From Phoronis australis (Eukaryota; Animalia; Phoronida), in the NCBI GenBank assembly GCA_002633005.1, contig NMRA01000537.1, forward strand, positions 231,935 through 295,934: 64,000 nt of DNA. Reading direction: 5' to 3'. Made by a program: the position numbers and the translations under genes. The notes beneath the pieces were generated by a model. That model was not told the origin of the DNA. It saw only the letters and a program-made list of their open reading frames with translations, and searched no databases. This document shows, one piece after another, positions 12,201 to 21,800 of the stretch. Positions within the stretch are counted from its first letter, which is position 1. Each line of letters opens with the position of its first letter.

Positions 12201-14109
12201 CTTGATGACCTTAGAGGTCGAGGACGAGGAGTACTCGCCTAAGAAGAGTCCACTCAACTTCCTGTATCCAAACAAGCCGTTTCTCCAAGCATTTGCGGAC
12301 TGTATTCAGGAGGAGAAAGGTAAACAGGATGAACCCCCAATGGGTAAAGTGACAGTCTTTTGTCTTGTAGAACAACCTGCAGGCTAGTTGTGTACAAGGC
12401 TTCAAAGAGTCACTGGAACTGTAATCATGGGTTCGGACAGAATAGATTCTCTCAATTTGGTTTGTTTGTAGTGGGGCGATTTCGGTCACTGATTCAAAAA
12501 TTAGATTTGATCACCACTTGATGAGGAATTCAGAATTGTGCTACGAATTGTTTTGAAAATGTTCCTCTTTTGCAAGAGGGCTATCAAAAATAGGACCTCA
12601 AAGGTTTTTACAAAAAATCTTAAAAGTTATAAAAATTAAACAAAAACGAAATATTTTGGAAAACTGTTACAGAATTTTTGAGATTTCGTCTTGAACTTTT
12701 ACACATTATGGCCATGATGCCATTGTTTTGTTACGGATGTACCTTTATTGTTTTGTTAAATGTTACTTAAAGATATGATCACATGACCCAGTTCATGTCA
12801 GTCAAAAATCAAAGTCTACGTGCTTGCTACTTTCGGAAAATCTATACCTTGAGTTAAAATCTGTAGTTTTGTACACATCTTGTTGGATACATGACCTTAA
12901 AGGGGTCAACCAGAGCTTGAAATTGCACTCTTGTGCTTTCACAAGAGTTCCGTGTGGACTGTTTTCTATTATTTTACTTTGCCTGGAATACCGAATGTGA
13001 TAGTGTTGAGCACATGTTGGAAATCTGTGTAGATCAAAATGAGATGATCTTTTCACTCTTTTGTAGCAAAATTACCTGCCTCTGATGAACCTGGCCTATT
13101 GGAAGATTACAAACTGCCCATCAAGAAACTGACAATACAGTCCAGGTGAGAGAGGATCAGGACCAGGCGTCGTTGGGTATTACGGACCCGTGCGGTGCCA
13201 TTTTTGAGGTCAAATTCAGAGTGAAGTGCAGTAGAAGCCAAATGATTTCAGACAAAACAACTCAGAATTTCCCGTCGTGACTTCTGACCTCTGACCTTCC
13301 TTCATGGCAAACTCATCCTTGTTCCTTCTTAATTAATTACCTTTTGATTATTTGATGGTCAATTTTTGTGATGTACCTGTGTGCCGATATCTTGTGAACG
13401 ATGTTCAGATGTTCATTGGACGCAGTGTGCTTGGCAAATGTCCATGAGCCAATGGCATTCTATCTCTGGTTGTACCAGATGTGTGCAGGCTGCTCGGGTG
13501 AGCCTATTGCACTGATCACCTGGAACCATTTTTGGGCTTTATTAATGTCTGATTAAAATCGAGCTGAGGAGCTAGAAACCCGACTTAAGGGTCTGGCAGT
13601 GTGTTCCAGAAGGACTCGAACCTACGAGTAAAGAAAGCTTTACCTATTATACTAAGCAACACTGCCTCCTCTGAATAAATATATTTTACTAGAAGTTCTC
13701 TTTGTTATTGATAAGTAATGCTTCCAAATCTGTTGCTAGGCAACGCTCCGCGATGAGCTCACCTGCACATTCTCACCTGTCCTATGCGGAGGACCAGCAG
13801 ATGGACGTCTCCACAGAAGTACAACTGTATCCACCATTCTCCGAGGTCATAACGTCACCGGTAGTAACAACTGACACTCTACTGGATATACTGACTACCG
13901 CGTCATCGATGCCCTCCACTTTGACGTTGTCAACGTCATCTGGGGAAATGTTTGGCAGCGGCATGACAATTCAGTCAGAGGACATGGGCCAAGGTTCATC
14001 AGGCGAAAGTTTGTTGACACATCTGACCAGCATTTTAAATGAGCAGGACTTGGGTGTTGGGTTGAATGAAGAGGTGTCTTCTGGTGAAACTCGGCCAATG
14101 AAACATTAG
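265..14109 (+). CDS. STAT: STAT transcription factor, 3' partial (DNA-binding domain, linker, SH2, pTyr segment, C-terminal tail); 5' exons lie upstream of the window
   Basis: Phase-consistent GT-AG exons: 265-351, 2116-2323, 3626-3751, 4367-4459, 6688-6823, 7162-7226, 7965-8056, 11297-11463, 12128-12319, 13067-13145, 13740-14109 (TAG). Translations match STAT motifs: [90 protein letters not shown] (SH2 Arg), PLNFLYPNKP, EDYKLP (candidate pTyr). Confidence 0.93.
525..926 (+). mobile_element. Partial copy of the CATG-terminated DNA transposon family (left end)
   Basis: Near-identical to 8692-9098; the paired spurious ORFs 554..745 and 8721..8912 reflect this. Confidence 0.7.
2728..2980. mobile_element. 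MITE with CAGGGCTT(A/G)GAAT TIRs (hAT-like, 6-bp TSD family)
   Basis: CAGGGCTTAGAAT...ATTCTGAGCCCTG; flanks AAGATG/TAGATG; internal similarity to 55503-55755. Confidence 0.75.
2983..3150. repeat. 28-bp minisatellite, 6 perfect copies (GATGAACACTCTTATTGATATCAGAAGG)
   Basis: Direct head-to-tail copies with no spacers. Confidence 0.95.
4479..6341. repeat. About 806-bp near-identical direct duplication (4479-5284 and 5535-6341) across a single-N join; probably two haplotypes
   Basis: The second copy starts immediately after N5534, with only a few SNPs/indels; ORFs 4582..4800 and 5638..5856 are duplicated. Confidence 0.85.
5285..5533 (-). mobile_element. Right end of the same CATG-terminated transposon, inverted and cut by the contig join at N5534
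   Basis: Near-identical reverse complement of 9727-9975. Confidence 0.75.
8692..9975 (+). mobile_element. About 1.3-kb non-autonomous TIR DNA transposon with CATG termini (spans the N gap)
   Basis: Left end CATGCTATGAACATTCCCACTAAA; reverse complement of right end CATGTCGTGAACACATCCACTAAA; TA flanks both sides. Confidence 0.7.
9099..9425. other. Assembly gap (N run)
   Basis: Run of N characters. Confidence 1.
10288..10710. mobile_element. MITE with long (about 50 bp) TIRs
   Basis: TGAACTTGGAATCTTGCTTAATCTCAAGATTGCGTACGCGTGAACTT at the left, reverse complement at 10650-10698; second copy at 33666-34043. Confidence 0.8.
11181..11300 (+). repeat. 43-bp tandem repeat (about 2.8 copies) containing the splice acceptor of the STAT SH2 exon
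   Basis: CTTACAACTGGTGCCATCTTTTGTTCACAGGCTCAAATATCCT starts at 11181 and 11224; the third copy at 11267 runs into the exon. Confidence 0.9.
11297..11463 (+). CDS. STAT: STAT exon encoding the SH2 core (LIHGFIDK...GTFILRFSE...GGGLCVAY)
   Basis: tcacag acceptor and G|gttagt donor; overlaps ORF 11232..11468; contains the STAT SH2 signature. Confidence 0.92.
12490..12900. mobile_element. Non-autonomous element of a TTAA-flanked (Kolobok/piggyBac-like) family
   Basis: Ends ...ATGACCTTAA and shares internal blocks (GAGGGCTATCAAAAA, TTTTGAGATTTC, GAGTTAAA) with 40030-40535 and with 58086-58590 (inverted). Confidence 0.55.
13600..13666 (-). mobile_element. Possible head of a tRNA-derived SINE
   Basis: Minus strand GGCAGTGTTGCTTAGTATAATAGG (A-box-like) ... 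GGTTCGAGTCC (B-box); no complete cloverleaf. Confidence 0.35.
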
Positions 14110-14179
14110 CTTACTTAAAAGGGGCAGTTCTGTTCCTGGGTTGAGTTTATTGCTCGCCGCGCTTTGTATGGAGTGGTTT

Positions 14180-14470
14180 GAATTAAGTGGTTGTGGGCAT
14201 TGGGAATTTTTAAAAACTTAAGCTTAGAAAATGTGAACGAATGTGTTGGTAAACATTGAGAATTTTTGAAAATTGAAACTTGGAATATCTGAAGGGATGA
14301 TGTAGTGTTTGTTCAGATTAAGAATTTTCAAAAATTGAGAAGTGGAAATATCTGACAGTTTGTGTTAAGTGGTTGAAGGAATGGACAATTTTCAAAAATT
14401 GGAGCTTTATCTGAAAGCAGTCGGATATAACGCAAGTTTTGGACGCTATTGAAAATTTAAAGTTGATAGA
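14180..14470 (+). repeat. Degenerate tandem repeat of about 60 bp in the STAT 3' UTR
   Basis: Recurrent GAATTTT(T/C)(A/G)AAAATTG...ATCTGA units at about 14204, 14260, 14322 and 14388. Confidence 0.55.
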
Positions 14471-15189
14471 CGTTGGCTTATAATTGGAAACCACGATCTG
14501 TGAAAGAATTAAGATTGATATACTTACTGCTTTGCACTATTGCGGTACTGGTAGTCGTCTGCTCATCTTTGAGACAGCTTTTGTAGAAAACTCACCAGAA
14601 ATTGTCCTCGATGCAAATGTGCTTGTCATGGTGTGCTGGTGTTTTGTTCAGGGGAGAAAACCATAGCTTCCCAAAATCCCAGAAGAAAGCAGATTAATTT
14701 TGTCAAATGGCGTGTGCTAGAATCATGCTTGAGTGAAACTGATGAAACCTTGCTTTCTTCAGGGGTGGCAAATGCCAAGTTGTAAAATTGTGCTAAAAGC
14801 TCTGAAATTTGTTGAGTGACTTGTAGAACAGTAAAAAGGTTATGTGATAAATAAGTGTAATTTTATTCTGTGAAGTTTGTGTAAGAGATCTGTTCATATA
14901 TGTCCCATGTGCTAGTTAGGTAAAATAGTTGCTTATAAAAATTTATTACAAGATTCACATTGTTTCTGAAGACATATTTTAAATAAGAATTCATTATACT
15001 TAGATTTAGTTTTATTAATTCTTTTTAAGGCAGTCCCGTGTGCATTAGCATGCAGATGGTATGTTTCTGCTTAGCTTGCACTAATGTAAACCATCACAAT
15101 GTCTATGATTCAGGGCCTTTGATAGACGGACTATATGATTATGTGTTGTGGAGTTAGCTGGTTTAATTACCGTTTCCAATCATTTCGTG

Positions 15190-15277
15190 AATAAATAGAC
15201 GTTTGAAATTATATTCCTCTTATGGTGCAGTGTTGTTCTCACCAGTTCATAATGGTGCAGTTCTCACACAAAATAAA
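15190..15277 (+). terminator. Candidate polyadenylation signals of STAT (AATAAA at 15190 and 15272)
   Basis: AATAAA hexamers about 1.1 kb downstream of the stop codon, with T/GT-rich sequence after them. Confidence 0.45.
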
Positions 15278-17583
15278 TTCATGTAATTTTCCTGTTATTT
15301 GGAGTGGGCTAAGAAAACTGAATAGGTGTACTTTGTAGTCAACGGTCATGCGAGGTTATCTGTAGTAAGTGTTGCCAACTGCCTGTTTGTGAATGCAGCC
15401 TACAGGTTACCAATGTGCAAGGGGGGTCACTTATATTGACAAGGTACCCACAGGTGTATACCAAAAATTGCAGGTAGGCGGTACTTTTTTAGCAAGTTTT
15501 GTGGGACCCGCACGGGGTCTGATAGGCCCCTAAATTTCCATTTCATCCCCGCAAAAGGCCCACTGCATTGGCCTTGGCCCTGAAAAATGCGCACTGACCA
15601 TCTTCTTACAGAAAAATCTACCCCGCAAAAGGGGGTGGGAACTAGCAGACCTGGCATTCGCAATAGGGTGTCTCAGCAATCTGCAGGCACCTTGTCAATG
15701 TGAGTGACCCCCCCCCCCCCCCACCCCCAGGGCACCATGATCCCATTAAAAGTGACTTTAAGTTATGTTACGGAGTTCAAAGAGTGCTTTACCCCCTCAT
15801 TGGCGAAACACTACTTAGAGCATATAATTTAAGAGTCCTAAACAGACAAGTCAATTGCTACATGGTAACAATCCGTACACTTTGTTAGTTGAAATTCAAC
15901 TTTTAATTATGCATATTCATCAGATACAAGGAAACTCAAAGAAAAGTCAAAGGCAGACCTATACCAGAGTTCATACACATTTCATGAACACAGATCTGAT
16001 TCTCCATTAAAATTCCTGTTTACATTTTCCGTCTACATACAAATTAGACCATCGAAATGGGTGTAAAGAGCTATTTCAATTCAAGCTATTGGTCTAATAC
16101 TCTACCTATATGAGATAAAACAAAGTAAGTACAGAGCAGTGTATAAGGCTAGCACCATTATCAACTAAAGCTTATTATTGTACAAAATATTACAACCTAA
16201 TTCTTGCAATCTATAAAGCGCCATTCACAATTATGCCATTTTCAAAAGTGTACAAAATGCATGCTATTGACAAAAATAGCTATGCGAACAACACTAGGCC
16301 AAAAAAGCTTAGTTTATAGTTCAGGGGCCTGTTCCAAGAAACTTAAGTTTCCTAAAACGTGCCCCTGAACTATAAACTTAAAAGTTCATTTTTGACTTAG
16401 CTAAGTCAGTTTTCTTGGGACAGGACCTTGGTCAGTTTTTTAGTAGAAAGACAAGTATTAGGTGCGACGTATTAGTTGTTCATTTATTTCAAAAAAGCAA
16501 ATCCACTTGTAACAGCAAACTTGCTGCGTCTTCGTGCAGATCTTACTTGAAATTGATGTGGGCGGACATTTTTTTTCATCGCAGAGCACAGGTCTCAAAA
16601 TGACCACAACGCATTTTCCTCGTTTGCCACCATCGACAGGTTTTTCCATTCACACTCTGGCAGAACAACCACACCAACATCAGCATCATCACAAAACCTC
16701 GTGTTCAAACGGGACATTTTTCAAACGTCCTGACACTACAACTAAAATACAGAGAGATTACAGAACTTGTCCTCATCTCTTTTATTCTTGCCACAAAAAT
16801 ATCAACATCACAATTGCAAAAATGGCAATAATCGTGAAAAGTGCCTAAACAAGTTCAAGGTCGCCGTTATATTTTCTTGTTACACTACGTAAATGATTGT
16901 CAAAAACTAAAAATATTCTACTCAACCTTTATTGAACACATTTTTCTGGGTACGACCTAGTTATTATAAAACTTGGATACATTATTTTCTAATTAACTAA
17001 TTAATATCCACATGACTAATTAATACCCACATAACCCAAAAACGGATGTGGCAATTCTTCACTTCTTCAGCACACAATATGGCCGATGAAAGAAATTCTA
17101 AAAATAGTCAGAAATTTTCATTCTATATCTAGTGCAGTTTGTACAACATTTGGTGAAGATTTCATTATCTGTAGGAAAATTATCGGCCTTTGAAAAATAG
17201 AAAAATGACAATATCAGCGATTATTTTTGTGCGAAATGAGTGGAAAATTACCATTATCATCATTAAGTATGCTTAACTTAACTAGTAGATAAAGATTTCA
17301 AGATACTGGCCAAGGAAGCCCAGAAACTGGACAAGACAGGGGGCGCTTGAGATTTCTCCATTACTGCACTGCAAAAATGCTCGTCAGAATGGCCCGTTCG
17401 CACCCCCCCCCCATTATATGTGCCTACCTTAAAGCTAATTCAATATAAATCACCATGACATCACTTCGTGTCATATCACAACTTAATAAGTAGACGCGAT
17501 AGATGTTTAAATCTCATTTGGTACTCAGGCTCAATTGTCAACACAATCGTAAGTTTTCACACAGCACACATACGTGTTACCAG

Positions 17584-17864
17584 GGGTCTGTTTCATTTAA
17601 AGAGACTTAAAGGCTACTTGCGACAAAAATTTGGTCTTACACTACCGCTTTTCAATTGCTGAAAAAGTTTGGCCGAGTAACGGCGAGAGAATCACAGTCA
17701 GTCTAGATATGATTGATAGAAATTATCTCAGTAACCAGCAGATATGTGCTTAATTCAAAGAATTTGCAATGTTACTCAAGTGAGGTTTCGTTATTTTACA
17801 GAAATGGTTTTGTGGAGTGCAAGACCAAATTTCTGTCTTAAGTCCCTTGTCATGAAACAGGCCC
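17584..17864. mobile_element. PIF/Harbinger-like MITE
   Basis: TIR GGGTCTGTTTCAT...ATGAAACAGGCCC with 3-bp TSD CAG/CAG; a related shorter element lies at about 16324-16427. Confidence 0.75.
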
Positions 17865-18847
17865 CAGTAAACAAGTCATTACAAGTAATTTGGTTTTGTA
17901 CACTTCCTACCAGCAATGCTCAAGGTTATGTACCCTAGAAAAATATACAAACATAGCAAATATCGAAACATCACATCGGATGAACCAATCTCCAAAATGA
18001 TATTCACTACTTGCACCCTTTGGTGGCGCAACAAAAAAATTATTGTTGTGAATTGTTGTTCAGGACACAATGCCTCATTTTAGCATCAATTTTAACAACG
18101 CAAAAATGAAAGCGCGCGTGTTCCAAACGTGAAGAACTACTTGCACACTTGGTGGCGCTGCTGTAATTTGGACACAACACCTCGTTCTCAAGCACAATGG
18201 TAAATTTGTGAAAGTAGTAAATTAGGAAATGTAGCATTTTGGCGCGAGAGGCCCAAAAATTTGGACTCAATGGATTTTTATAAAAAAAAATTTGCATGAA
18301 ACGAAAATGATGGATATGTGTATTTGAACAGGAAAAATAGAGTAATTACAATTGATCACATGACAACAGTATTGATGTGCGCGTCCTGGAACAAACTCTC
18401 CGGACTAAATTACTCACCCAGGTGCCAGCACCGTGCTACATGAGTTACTGGAAATCCAACCAGGACATGCTATGCCGAATGTCGCACAAGCGAACACATC
18501 AACTTGTGATGTGTCTACATGTTTTCATTGCAATATTTTCTACTTCATTTGAAGTCCATGCGATGGTGTCAACGAAGAAAGTTGTATTAAAAAACCTAAC
18601 AACAATTGAAAAGAAAATTGGAAAGGAATTTCATAAGTACTGTACCAATACCAATTTCAATTACAAAATGTTGTCATATAAGCATCTTGTTTCATTAATT
18701 TTCAAAAACCTCATAATTAATCCATTACTTTTGCAGAAAAATTGATTAAATTTTTTCAAAAGTTTTGTGCCAAATAAAGAGAACAGCTCGACATCACTGT
18801 ATCCTACATCGCCAACACTATTTTTCAGCAAAGATTACCCACAACTC

Positions 18848-21800
18848 CTACAACTCATCATGGCTAAGGAGATTATGTGGCTCCGGGCCTCTGGGCTCCG
18901 GCACTTTAACACTCTCCGATTCCTCGACGCCGCCCCTATCATCGGTTGGACCAATCAGCTTGTCACTAATCACAGTGGAATCCTCCGTGTCCGAGATGTA
19001 GTGAGCCTCGCCAGTATAGTGCGTGGGGAACACCAACATGGGTTCTGCGGAAAACGCAATCAAATCGCGTGGCTCGAAGTGTTTAAACCACTCCTCCCTG
19101 AAATTGAACAGAAGCAAACAGAATGACTCACAATTCATCACTGAAATACTTTTACTAAAACGGTTATCAACAGTTTTGGTGAATTTTTACATATAATAAA
19201 TAGTGTATTTCTCTATATCGGAAGAAATCAGTATACAATATCTCAATTATTGAGAAAATATCGCAAGATTTCACCTTTCATGAATGCAAGTTTTCGTAAG
19301 CTACTTTGAAACATAGTTTCTTCGACCTTTAACCTCTAAGAATTTGACCGTTGACATACAAACCTGGGGTGCCTGTTGAACATGATAGGCAGATACTCGT
19401 CCACTGGGATCATCTTCTCCAATGGTTTTTGTCCCAGCAGTTTCTTGGCACCCTTTATTGACAGCATGTAACTAAGCGTCCAATAGGAGTAGCCGACATA
19501 AACAAGGCTGGGTGCTCCATGGACTTCAGGTTCATACTCCTGGACCAACCTCTTCCTGCCTACATAGCTAGAATACACAACAGAGAAAGACTGGGTAAGT
19601 GAATAGAGTTGCTTGACTGTGTACAGGAGGCTTCGAACTCACCAGTGGTTGATACTGTCAAAGGGGTCTCAGCAATCTATAAAATGTCCAACCTAAGGGG
19701 AACGGGATATATACCTTTGCCTACTCAAAGCAATGCAAAATTTAAAAAAGGCACACTGGTTACACCTGTTTAACTCTATTTCCTTTTTTAATTACACCTC
19801 AGAACTTGAATGACATCAAGGTCAACTTGGTGTCCAAGAGAGGGAGCTCTCACCTGGTCACTAACTCAAACACACATTCAAACAACAATGACTGCTGTGG
19901 TTGACAGACAGATATAAACAGAACAAGAAGTGCAATAGTTTTATATTTAGCAAGTTTTGTATCCAGGAAATCATCAGTATTTTTCAAAACATTGGCGTAT
20001 AATGTAGTTTCTATAATTGATTTTGATCCCCAAAAATGACGATTTACCTGAGGTCACTTGTACGCTCAGATACTCATCCATGTAAATGCTCAAGGCATTT
20101 TACTAGAAAATCTCACACAGGGGGTGGGTATTAAGTTGAGTATGGTGTTTAAAAGTGAATGTTTTGAAGTTGTAGTAGGTATTTACAAAAACTACCAGTT
20201 TGGGTTGACAGTCAGAGATACACTTCCATCTGAGTCTGACTGCTAATTCAAGAATTAATTTTATATATCATAAATAACGAGACAATGGATACAGAAATTG
20301 GAAAACGTTTAAACGTTAATTTGACACTACTTTTTGTGAAAAAATAACAGAATATGAAATTTCAATCATCAGTTACTTATCCTAAATTGTCAAGATTTCA
20401 CCAAACACAGTGTCACAGTTCACCACCCACAAATCACTAAATACTTGAGATTCTAAGACTGCAGGTGTTTTTAAATCTGTATGCTTACACCAAGTCCCAA
20501 ATTGTTTCAGATTCTTTCAACTGATTTAAAATACGCTGAATCTTCCTCCGAAAGAATGCCTCAAAGCGAACATCGTCCTCAAACAGAAGCGCCCTCTGGT
20601 AGCCATTCTTGACAATCTGCAATTGCACAAATTAAGCAATCATTCATTTAAATTGTCAGGTCGGACTCTATGGCTTGATCAGCTGACTGCGGCAAACATA
20701 TCAAACAAACAATCCTGCCGAGAAACAGGTCCACACAATGTAAACCTCAAATCAACTTCTGCCGAATAAGTTTATGTAGGAAAAACATTTACCAGCCACG
20801 AGACGATAAACAAACTTAACTTTAACGTAAAGCATTGACCATTTCAACACTACTACTGATGGTTCCTCCACTTTTCCATTCAAAATGACTTGACATCCAG
20901 AGGATCCTCAAAACTACAGAAAGCAAACTGCGCGCTATTGGTGCGAAACAACCAAGAGAAGTCATCGCTGGTGCGAAACAACCAAGATCAGTCAAGCCCA
21001 AAGAGAGTCTCACTTACATCTTCCCAAATAAAGTAGTGACTGAGGAAGCAGCCTATCTCGCCCATTGTCATTGGTCGGCTGAAAAACAAAAAAGAAACAT
21101 AGGATTTTCTCAATAGTAAATGAGCAAAGAAAATAACATAACGCAACTGCCAACATGTTTCGACTGCTCCTCTGTCATTTTTAAAACAAAGGAAATGTGG
21201 CTGCCCATGGGTGTCAATAAATTGAGAAAACCTACCTAAAGCACAAGTAGACCTATGATTCCACATTTTGTAGTTAGCCTTGCTAATGTAGGTATTCTCA
21301 TTTTAGTGACATCCTGTATTAGGGCAGCCATATTTCCTTAACCTTTAGAATGATGGTGGAGCTGTTGAAACACATGTTGTCAGTTGTTATTTTCTTTTTC
21401 ATTTAATAAAGGATATTAAAATAAATTTCTCCAATTTTAATACTTTAGCTCAAAGCTGGTGCATAAAATTATTCTACTGAAACTAAAAGGGAGTTGACTT
21501 TCAGAAAAAAACATGACATAATTTTCTGTTTCACAGAGGCTGGGCTCCATTGACATCACTGGTTCCAAGACACCAGATTACTTCTCAATGACGACTTCTG
21601 GCTTACAGAGAAATAAGTTGTTTTACACCCTGACCAGGAGGAACTGGCAATGTCAATCAAATGCAATCATAAGATTATTCACTAACTTTTATTACCTTCC
21701 ATCGTAGGGGTCAGCAAACCCAGGTATCTGTTTTACACCCAGCTTCTCAAGGTATGACTCATTCAGCTTTCTGCAGGTAAAATATACCAAAAATGGATCA

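Noticed and set aside
13600-13666. tRNA gene
   Set aside because: Only A- and B-box-like motifs are present; no anticodon or acceptor stems, so at most a SINE remnant.
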